A program made the translations under genes and the position numbers. From Cyanophora paradoxa CCMP329 (taxonomy: Eukaryota; Plantae; Glaucophyta), in assembly GCA_004431415.1 (NCBI GenBank), contig QPMI01000200.1, positions 128,308 to 192,307 on the forward strand: a DNA stretch of 64,000 bases, in the 5' to 3' direction. The notes beneath the pieces were generated by a model, which saw only the letters and a program-made list of their open reading frames with translations, searched no databases and was not told the DNA's origin. Shown piece after piece: positions 12,462 to 22,555 of this stretch (position 1 is its first letter; each line of letters opens with the position of its first letter).

Positions 12462-15400
12462 CGCGGGGGACGACGCCGCTTGCAGGTCATTGCGTATTGT
12501 GTAAAGCCCTTACAGCCTAAGTTGCAGGCGGGGCAGATTGGGGCAGATGAGCTCGAGGGCGCCCGCGCACGATCGGCCACGAGGCCGCTAGCTGTTTCAC
12601 AGTGTGCGCACATCTACACGAGGGCGCCGCGCGGGCTCGGGATTGGCCCCCACGAGGGCGCTGAGCTGTGTGCGCATGCGCACATGTACTACGGTACGAC
12701 CTAGGGGCGCCGGCGCCACGCGTACGCGTGCCCCGTCGAGCTTGACGACCGACTCTCTCTCTCGGCGAGCTCGCCGAGTCGAGCCGCGTCGAGCTCAGGC
12801 CCATAGCAACGAGCTCGACGACCGTCGACCGGTACCGGCCACGCTGCTGGCTATAGCTACGTATACGCCGGCGCAGTGCGTCGGACACTGCGTCCAGCTG
12901 CGTCGAGCGGCGCAGTGCGTCAAACTTCGAGTGCGTCGAGCGACGCAGTTTCGTGAAACTTGGCGCACTGCTTGAAACTGCGTGGAGATTTCGAGCAGTG
13001 CTTCATTTCCGACGCAATGCTTGAAATTCCCACGCAATGCTTGAAATTTCCGACGCAATGCGTGGGTGAGCCAAAAGTGCCGGGGTACCCGGGCACCTTC
13101 TCCTCCCTGATGACCAGCGGCAGAGGAGTCGACACTGACACGGGCGCGACGTACACGGCTCGCCTCCCGCTCCAGACGACGGTGTCACGGACAGAACCGC
13201 CCTTCTGCCGCCAGGTTCCTCCGGCCATGTGCGACCTGCTTCATCGCATCTACTGCAACCTCGCCGTCTACGCCCCCCAGCTCGCTGGTCTACGCGAGGC
13301 GGTCTTCCCTTCTCTTGCCGACGAGTACATCAACATCCCCCTCGCCGACACGTCCACGTTCGTGGTCACGGACCCGCCGCGCCCGACGAGCTGGACCAAG
13401 TCCGTCAGGCCGGGCGACGAGTACGGGCTCCTTCGCTCTGCCAGGCTGGATGCTGGGTCGCCCGCGGCCTACTCTCACATTCAGCCGGCGTACGGAACGG
13501 ACATCTCGGCTGTACCGTGGACTCAGGTGGGGCAATGCGACGTCACGGGACCGTTCACTCGAACGGATCCGGTACAGCCTCCGAACCTCGACAATCTCCA
13601 GTGGACCTGGAATCCTCAGTCCCTCCCCGCACTGGGCACGGGCTACATGGAGGACTACCCTCCCCACGTCCTCCTTCGCGTGCTTCTGCTGATGGCGCCG
13701 GCACACCGCGAACGAGTGTGCACGGCCTTCAAACTGTCGGAGCTGGAGGTGGAGCGGGCGATCATTCAGTTCGCCAACGATGATCCTCTCCCGTTCTTCG
13801 ACGACATCGTGCCGCATGCGAACGAGCGCATCATGACGCTCATGCAGCTCACCGCCCTCCGCACGGCGGACGAGGAGACGGACCAGCGGCGGAGGAACGA
13901 GGAGTACCGCCGGCGCGCCCAGGACCGCGACGAGGAGTCGCCAAGTGACCACGACGAGCCAGCTGGAATTCGAACGCCGGCGGGCTTGGCTGCTGTCTTG
14001 TTAACCCGCCCTGCAAACGACGGCTTGGACGATGCCATCCCGGCTGCAGGCGGCTCGTGGCGCCCACCATCCGCGCGCCCGCGCGGGACGATGCCTTCGG
14101 ACCAGCTGCCCACCGCACCCTCGGCCGCGCCGCCGACGGTACAGGTTGCAGTCGCAACTCCGACGCCCGCGACGCATCCCCCCACGCCCTCGGCCACGCA
14201 GCCGATGGCGCCGGCTATGACTCCAGCCCCGTCGGTGACAACGTCCGCTGTCGCACCCTCGGCCGCGATGCCGACGGCGCCGACAGTCACGACGCCGACC
14301 GCGGGACCCTCGACCACGACGCCGACGGCCCCGGAGGAGGCTGAGGACACGGACACGTCGTTCAGCAAGGAGCTCTGCGCGCGGCTTCACATTGCACCTG
14401 ATCATGACGAGCACGGCAGACTTCACCCGCCTCCCGACGTTCGCGAGATTCCCGCCCACACATTCTCCCTTGCCCCAGGCTGCGCGATCTACTGGCCAGG
14501 CGAGCAATCGTACATGCTCATGACGACGGCGCTGGACAACGCAGACCTGTACTCGGACGAGCGCCCCGTCGCGTGGTGCCCCGCCTCTTATGACGCGGTG
14601 GGCATCGCAAACACGGGCGTGTTTCAGAACAACCTTGCACGTCGGATCGGCAGGCGCCCGCTGAACGACGATGACATGGCCCGTTTCAAGGACGAGAAGC
14701 GCCCGATCCCGCTCACGTACAAGGTCACTCGCGAGGCGCAGGCTGCACAGTTGCTGCATCACATTCCCCGCTTCCGCTCAGCAGTCTACCTTGTCGCCTG
14801 TCTGGCCTACGACAGCACCCCGGCGGAGCTCGTGACTGTACGTGACCTGACTTCGTCGGTTCCCTTCCTCGAGTTCCTCGGCCTCAGCGCAACCGACGCG
14901 AGCATCGCAAGCTACACGACAGACTCGGTGGCTACCGCGATCCTTTCCTCAGTGATCGACACGGCCCGGGCCTACAAGACGGCGCTGGACGCTCGCAAAG
15001 GCGAGGGGGCCACGACCTCACCGCTGCACCACCACTCCACGCTGCGCGCAGTCACGGCGCAAGGCGACACGCATGCTGTACGCATTCGACTGTTCCACCA
15101 GTCTCTTCGAGAATTGCACAGGCTCCCTCCCGCGCTGGAGGCAGAAGAAGGGCAAGTTCTCATCGATTACGTCGACTCGAAGCTACGGCACACGGCTGCG
15201 CTGATACCTCGCGTCTCCGTCTATCTCCGGGCCAGGGCACTCGCTCAGGGCACGCTGCTGGCAAGCGTCGTCAGTGCCACAGATGACGCCTCTCTCCGCA
15301 CGACCTTCTGCGAACCGCAACCGCTTCTGGTCGAGAACGATGCAATCCCGCGGACCTACATCTTCAGTGTGATCATTGAACAGTCTGAGTACATGCTTCG

Positions 15401-18250
15401 GGCACTGAACCTCACGACGGATACGGCGCGGCTCACTCCGGACCTGATGTCCTGGACAACACATTTTGGCCGTCTAGTTCTTGACAGCCACCGAGGCGGC
15501 CGCCTCACGTCCTGCTTCCTACGTGACCTCGCGAAGGAATTTGAGCTCACGTACTCATCCATCGCCATCTCCATTCCGAACCCCGGTCATCGCTTTTACG
15601 TCCCGACGAACGCCGACGCGGCACTGAAGGCATGCGAGGCGGGCTTGGAGCAGCATCGCAAGGGGTCCTCGCCGACGGGCACTGCCTTCGTCACGGAACT
15701 TAGCCCGACCGTCGCTATGGCACGCATGAACAGCATCCGTGACCAGACTGCGTACACGCACGCCATCATCAACTACGTACGCGACGCGTTTCCCAGTGAG
15801 GGGTTCGGCCAGGCCCAACCGCCTACGATGAAGCTCAAGCGCCTCCCGGCTACCGACCCGATTCCACTCAGCTACGAACCTCACAGTGAAATCCTCATCA
15901 CGCGCAACGAGGCCGCACTTCTGGCAGCTTCGCAGCCTCGGGCTCGCGTGCTCGCTGTTGCGCTCCGCGTTGCGCTGGCGACGCGGTACCAGGAGGCGTC
16001 GACGCCGGAGGGCCACCTCGTCGCCGAACGGATGGCTACGGCGATGGCGAACCGCATCCTCGCAATCCCTGGCCTCGAGCATCCGCTCACGCTTCTCTCC
16101 GTTCTTCGCGCGTACCTGCGAGACGCCCATGTGCACCTCGGTGTCTACCTCTGTTGGGACCGCGATTCCCCGGACACTCCGATCCGCCACCTCCTGCCGC
16201 GACTCCCGAACGAGTACATGCCCATCTCGACGGCGATCGCAGAGCTCCTTCCGGGTACCGATTACCGTGGGAGAGTCGGACCGCACAAACTCCCGCAATA
16301 CTTGCGCACGGGACTCAGCTGGGAGGACATCGTGGCGCGCTCTCTGGGCACGGATCCGTACTTCACGGCGGAGGAGGAGCTTCGCGTGACGCAGCGGCCT
16401 CTCTTGGTGGGCACCAGCAAACGATTGCGCGAATCCGGCAAGAAGGACGAGCAGCTGTCGCAAACTCAGCGGCGGCGCCTCACGGAGAACAAGCGGAATG
16501 AGATCACGAGCCGGGCCCTCCAGCATCTCTTGCAGTTCAATACGGGTATCGCCTTCCACCCTCCCAAGGCTGTCGACGCCATGTTCGCGGAACGGTTGGC
16601 GTACTTCTGGGACGTGCAGGACGACGAGATCGAGGACGGACACGGCGAGAACGACCTCGCACGAGCACTTCGACGACGCCTCACGGCTATTTGGCCGGAC
16701 ACTCTCGGGCTCACCACGACACCGTTATCTCGTCCCGACCCTGAATTCTACCCGAATCCCGTAGCAGACGGATACTACGAGATCGCGGGAAGGGGGGGCA
16801 AGCGCTTCCACGATCACGCCCTTGTCCCCAAGGAACGTGATTTTCTCCCGGATTACGGGTCTCTCGAACCCCCACTTCCCCCTGAGCTTTACGGTACGGA
16901 GGCGGGCGACGCGATCCTGGAGGACGCGACGCGTGACGACCTTGTCTCGTACTCCCAGCCACCGATGCCGTTCCTTCAGCAGCGACGGATGCTGGCCAGC
17001 TTATACTCGCTTTCCGAGGAGTATCAACTTCGGGGGCCGTGGTTGACGGGAGCTATCTCGGAAATCTTCACGCGTCCTGAGCGCCCCGTGGAGAGGACCA
17101 ACAACCCAGATCCACAGGAGGGCGACCTTCCCCTGGATCGCACTCAGGGCGGTCTCCATGCGATTCGACTCATGCATGGTGACGCCGACATCGACAACTT
17201 CTTCCGCAAGTTTTATCCGCTGCGACCTCTTTACGGTCTCTTCTACGCGGGGACGAAGAATCTCATTCGGGCGTGCGATCGGGCCATCCGCTTCCGTAGC
17301 GATCCGGAACTCAACGCGTACGGCGCGGGCCTTCGTACAGACGGACCCCGCCTGCGCAACCGTGGAACGACATGGTTCAAGCAGTTTTCCATTACGACCT
17401 CCAACGAGGCTTCTCCGTCCAACCCCTACAGGTCGTATCTCACGGCTGCAACGAACCCGACCTTGCAGCCTAGCTTTGTTCCGGAGCTGCGTCTCTCGGA
17501 AGAGGCGGGTGACCCGACCACTCCGCTCTTCCCCGACCCCGTCAACACTCCGACTCAGACCCCTCCCTTCCGCACCTTCTTTCACGTACCTGCGGACTTC
17601 AGCGGCAACGCCAACGGGCCTCTTCTTGCAGCCCTCGACCCCACGCCGAACCGAGGGGTGCGCAAGCTCACCATGGCCATGTACGATCCAAACCACACGG
17701 ACACGTGGACACTACTCACGAATGGCATTATTCGTCCGTCTCGCGAAGACGCGCGGACCATCGATTACGTACGGCTGGGGATCAGTGCAAGCAACATGCT
17801 TCTTCCGGGCGGCATCATTCACGAGACTCACGAACGCCTCGCGGGTACGGATTGGCAACATGTCGTCATTGCCTTCCCGCTCGACGTCCACCTCTACATC
17901 GCGGGCATTGCCTTCTTCGTTGCACAGTGGGGAATTCTTTCCAGCTCCTTCCCCACGCACGTCGTCGATCTCCACCCGGCGTTGCACCGCATGCTGTCAG
18001 ATTACGTGCACCGGATGCGGGAAACATTGGGTTTTACTGTCAATGAAACCGGCATCGCCAGCTTGACAGATTACTGGACGAGCGAGTCCAGCACGTGGTC
18101 GCCGGCATACCGTATTCCGGCGGGCTCTCTACAATCGGCGTTGTCGGCACTTCTCCTCAAGTACATCATCGCTCACAACGCGCGCCTCATAGTCCCTCGT
18201 GACGTGCATCGGAGGGTGAACCGCAACGGCCCCAACTACGACACCCTGCG

Positions 18251-19783
18251 TATCCTCCCGCATAATTTCAAAGCTTGGAGGGCGACGGCGCGGCGCCCCG
18301 TCCCCTCGCCGCACCGTCGCACCTTCGGCCGCTGAGCGCACGCGTCGCCAGCAGAGGCCGCGGCGCCAGAAGAGGCCGCGGCGCCAGAGTCCGCCCGCGG
18401 CCCGCCCCCAGCGACCGAAGCCAGCGGCTGCGGGAAGTGCCGCCCAGCGCCAGCTCGGTCTGCGCTTGAGTTGCCTGCATAAATGTGAGCCAAGGACGCG
18501 CCGCAGACCCATGAGCTGCATGGGCGGCGCACCTCACCCGGCGGGGGTTGGAGGGGATCAGCGCAAAGGTGGAGACGAACGCTATAGAGCACGACATGCC
18601 ATCGCTTTCGCCCGCTGTCATCCGCCACGCCATCGCCCCGCCTGGTAAGCCACGCGCTGGGCATGCGCACGCCCCACACCCACCACCGCCGCCGAATCGG
18701 AGGCGGCGTGCGGAAGATCCAGCGACCGGGGCTGCAATTGCACAACGTGAGCACTGCAAACGCGTACCGCCGGCCCCGAAGCGCGGCTCGGCCGGCTCGA
18801 CCGGACCGATCGGTCCGAACGCGGCGGCGGAAGCGCTGAAGCTGCGATTGCTTCGTCTACATGTGCATCAGCGTGACCAGGTCGATGCTCCACAGGTCCG
18901 AAAGCGCTGCGCGGGAAGGGGACAGCCGGTCAGCTGCAGGGTTCGGAGCGGATCAGCCCAGAAGCGGCCACGGACGCTCTGGAGCTGCACACGCATCGCT
19001 CGCATCACGCTCACGAACTGCGGGAGTCAAAACTGTGCCTCGGGGGCGCGAGCGCAGCGGTCAACGAGCCGCGCATCCCGTCGACTCGCCGTGGAGCCTC
19101 CCGACCCGTTCCTGTGCGCCGCGTGAGCCAGGAGACGGAGCAGGAGCCCTCCTAGCACGGGAAAGACGCACCGCGCGACCCCCGGGCCTTCACAGCGGGG
19201 AGCTGCCGAGCGAGGGAGTACCGCGCTCCGCGGGGACGGAATCGGGCGCGACTCGGCGAGCTCGACGCCAAACGAGCTGCTAACGATGCGGCTGCACGCT
19301 GCTAGCGTCCGCAGATGCCGCGAGCTGCGGATCTGGCCCCCGTGGCTAGCGAGCCAGTACTGCTAGAGTTGGCAAGCGTTGGCAGGCGCCCCGGCGGCCG
19401 CTTGCGAGCGCGAAGGGAGCTAGAACGCCGCCAGGCCGTAGGCGCGTTCGGCGGAGAACCGTAGAACGTTCTACGTATACGCGTTCTACGACGGATCTAA
19501 GCTTCCACGCTCTACGTTCAAAACCATTCTAAAAGTTCAAAACAAACAAAAACCATAGAACGTTCTATAGAACGGTTCTACGTTCTAAGAAAGGTTTTGA
19601 AATTATGCGGGAGGATAGTTCGGCGGAGAACCGTAGAACGTTCTACGCGTTCTACGACGGATCTAAGCTTCCACGCTCTACGTTCAAAACCATTCTAAAA
19701 GTTCAAAACAAACAAAAACCATAGAACGTTCTATAGAACGGTTCTACGTTCTAAGAAAGGTTTTGAAATTATGCGGGAGGATA
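18251..19783. mobile_element. 1.5-kb non-autonomous TIR transposon (TAT..ATA termini, 5-bp TSD)
   Basis: 22-bp TIR TATCCTCCCGCATAATTTCAAA. TSD CTGCG at 18246-18250 and 19784-19788. Removal restores ...YDTLR|QQLNEF... The right ~170 bp is tandemly duplicated (~19446-19617, 19618-19783). Confidence 0.9.
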
Positions 19784-22263
19784 CTGCGCCAGCAGCTGAA
19801 CGAGTTCAAATCGGCACGCCTGCAGCGCTGGTGGCCGAACGCGTTCACTCTCACGGACGAGCTGCGGGAGCTATTCAAATCCGAGACGGTCACTGCGGAG
19901 CAGGCTGAGAACCTCACGCCAACAGCAGGCTTCGTTGAAGTGGACCGCAACATTATCACGGCCCAAATCCGCGACTTCATCGACGTGATGCGCCCTCATG
20001 TCGAGAACGCCATGGCGGACGAACTTGACCCGGACACGCGTACGGACGCCTGGGACCCATTCCTCATTCGCCTCGGCGCAGTCCTCTACGAGCCGGACCT
20101 GCGACTGGAGCTGTCGAACTGGATCACACGGGTCTTTAATTGGCCGAGCTCTCCCTCGATGGAGAACTACGACTACAGCAACTCGCTGTACTACACTTAC
20201 GAGGCGATTCCCCCGCTCCGCTACTCAGACTCCCGACCCGATGATGAGGACTATCGGCGACACTTCCCGCACGTGTACTACGAGTGCTCGCCCGGTCCTG
20301 GTCGCTGGACTTCTCCATTCGATGGTCTAGCCGACGGCCACAAGGTCTTCAATCCGCTCAAGTTCGCCCTCCGCCACAACCCCGCCACTCCTTGAGTGTA
20401 TGCCATCGATATCTACGAGGCGCCGTACGCGGACCGGCTCCCATCCGAGCAGCGGACGGCCGATCTCCCGGCGACGCCGACGCGGTGGTCCATGTCCCCG
20501 AGCCTCGGGCCCGCGGACGTTGACGGCGCCCCTGCTTCGCCGCCTCTTCATCCGCGTGGCTATCGCATCCTGCGAACCCGTCGCCGCACTCTGAAGCCTG
20601 TGCGCTCGTGGGTGGAAGGCTGGAACGCTACGCGGCGCCTCTACTACGCCCACTCGATCGCCGACGCTCTGCGACAGCACACGAGCTCCACGCCCCCGGA
20701 CTCGACTTCGGTGGGGTTGACGGCGACGGGTGCGGCAGCGGTCGACCCCACTGCAACAGTGACGGTCAAGATGGCAACCGTACCGGCAGCCGTCGCGCCT
20801 GACGACGAGATGTCCAACGCCGACGCAATCTGGGGTTCGGATGACGAGATGCCGACGGCGCCCACGTCTGCGACAGAGGACCCGCCTCCGCCTGACGACA
20901 CTGGCGTGCCTTCCGACCGCCCCACCTCGCCTTTCCCGTGGTACTGCGGTCCTCTCCCGATCCCGCGCAACGGGCTTCTTTTCGTCGAGACCGCCGACTT
21001 CGCGTACTCTCCCTACTCGGCCCAGGGCACGCCGTACTGCTGGATCGAGTTCGCCCTGACGTCACCGGCTCACCAGACGATCATCGTGCCACGAGTGTCG
21101 CTGTTCGACGACGTGTCCTTCGCTCAGTCCTTCCACATGTACGACTGGAGCCGCCTTTCGCCCTCGCACTGCGTCAACGCTCAGTACCTGGCCCGTCTCG
21201 CTGACGAACTGCGCGACACTCCGGTCGTTCTCAACACCAGCGCGGGCTTGGCTTTGGAGCTGGCACGCTCGCAAGTCATCCTCACGCGCCTGGCGTTTGT
21301 CATGAACACGCTCGGCCGCCCGGCGTACGACGCTCTCCTGTACTCGTCGCTCGATTGCGTTCACGCTCAGCGTTCGCGTTACTACGTCGACATCATCCTA
21401 CGCGGTGACCGTGGGCTGACCCAGGCCTGGCCGATCCTCATTCAGTACCTGCGGAAAACGGCCCCGTTCTTCCGTTCGAGCTTGGCGTACGAGACTCTGG
21501 GACCGTACATGGACCCTCGAGAGATCACGGTGGCCCAGCTGACGTTGGACCCTGGACTCGAGACGGATGAGGGTGCGGGTGGTGTCACTTTTGGGACCCT
21601 CACGACGGCGCACATCACCTCCTGCAGCAAGCGGAATGGTGCGAGGGGTATTCGCGGCGACCTCTACACCCAGGGCCTGGGCTACACGGACACCGGCACC
21701 GACTCTGCACGACCGTCGCCCGCGACAAGCCCGTTCTTCTGGGTGGCAGCTGGACGCCTTCCGCGGACGCACCCACCGAGGCTCGCCCTCGCTGGCGCGC
21801 GCGTCAAGCGTCCCTTCACGCCGGAGTGGCTCCTCAAGCCCGCTCCCTCTTTGGTGAAGGCGATGTGCCGCAAGAAGGTGAACACGGCGAATCTCCAAGC
21901 ACCTGACTTATAATTACACCCGATGGCAACCGTCTTCAAGGCCACGTCCACGGTCGATCCCCCTCACTTCGCCGCCCTGCAACTCGCGACGCACTCTCTC
22001 CTGGCGCGACCAGGCGAGCAGTTCGACCCGCACGAGGCGGACTTGTTTCCTTCTTCACCCTCAGGCCTTGCGGTTCGACTGGTCGATCCGAAGAAGGCTC
22101 TTGACAAGCGCCTCGCCGACGCAAGAATCTGCGTTCGTCTTCAAGTTGGCGCGCTCATCCCCGGCCAACGCGTAAAGTCGATGCGTACGGTTCTCGCACT
22201 GGTCGACACGGGTGCGGCAGCGGATGTCATGGACGGCAGCATCGCGGACACGTAAGGTCCCTA

Positions 22264-22555
22264 TGTTTTTCAAATCGATTTTTTTCGCGCGGGACCGTCC
22301 CGCGCGGGACGCGGTACCGTCCCGAATTTTGGAAATTTCCGGGACGCGGTACCGTCCCGAATTTTGGAAATTTCCGAGCTGCCGGCACCCGCCTAGCCGG
22401 GATGCGGCTAGCTCGGACGCAGGACTTCTAGACTGCTTTCAAAGTTCTAGACGCTGGACTGTCCCGTGCGGTGCGGCAGGCGTCCCGCGCGGGACTACCC
22501 CGCCCCGCGTCCCGCGCGGGACGGTCCCGCGCGAAAAAAATCGATTTGAAAAACA
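22264..22555. mobile_element. ~0.3-kb MITE with 51-bp TIRs (hAT-like ends) inside the protease
   Basis: TGTTTTTCAAATCGATTTTTTTCGCGCGGGACCGTCCCGCGCGGGACGCGG at 22264-22314, inverted at 22505-22555. Imperfect 8-bp duplication CGCGGACA/CGAGGACA at 22243-22250 and 22559-22566. Exact ends ambiguous. Confidence 0.85.

Larger units (their letters stand above)
3668..13087. mobile_element. 9.4-kb non-autonomous foldback-type DNA transposon (TAC..GTA termini, 6-bp TSD; IS3EU- or hAT-like ends)
   Basis: Perfect 37-bp TIR TACCCCGGCACTTTTGGCTCACCCACGCATTGCGTCG at 3668-3704 and 13051-13087. TSD CCCGGG at 3662-3667 and 13088-13093. Removing element plus one TSD (9426 nt) gives in-frame ...GAFPG|TFSSLM... 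No transposase ORF seen. Superfamily is inferred from terminal signature only. Confidence 0.9.
3281..21913 (+). pseudogene. Very long ORF1 (gag-position) of the Gypsy element, split into segments 3281-3667, 13094-18250 and 19789-21913
   Basis: ORFs 3153.., 12960.., 19763.. and 20396.. join in one frame after removing the 9.4-kb and 1.5-kb elements. One in-frame TGA at 20393-20395. No recognisable domain. Confidence 0.8.

Noticed and set aside
58-12975. Many ORFs in the foldback arms and GC minisatellites as genes (e.g. 1188..1949, 9158..10453)
   Set aside because: No recognisable motifs, Arg/Gly/Ala/Pro shadow composition, and frames differ between copies through 1-bp indels.
12960-13093. 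Start of the 1791-aa ORF at 12960 (and 3153)
   Set aside because: The first ~43 codons are transposon subterminal and TIR sequence; the true frame continues from 3281-3667 and further upstream.
3668-19783. Tc1/mariner reading (TA as TSD) for the two TA-ended elements
   Set aside because: Leaving one TA and both flanking repeats frameshifts ORF1, whereas 6-bp and 5-bp TSDs restore the frame.
18250-19784. 1.5-kb element as a U12-like introner (GTATCCTC...AC, removal is in frame)
   Set aside because: The donor-like sequence is just the TIR plus one TSD base, there is no CCTTRAC branch site near the 3' end, and the same logic fails for the 9.4-kb element.
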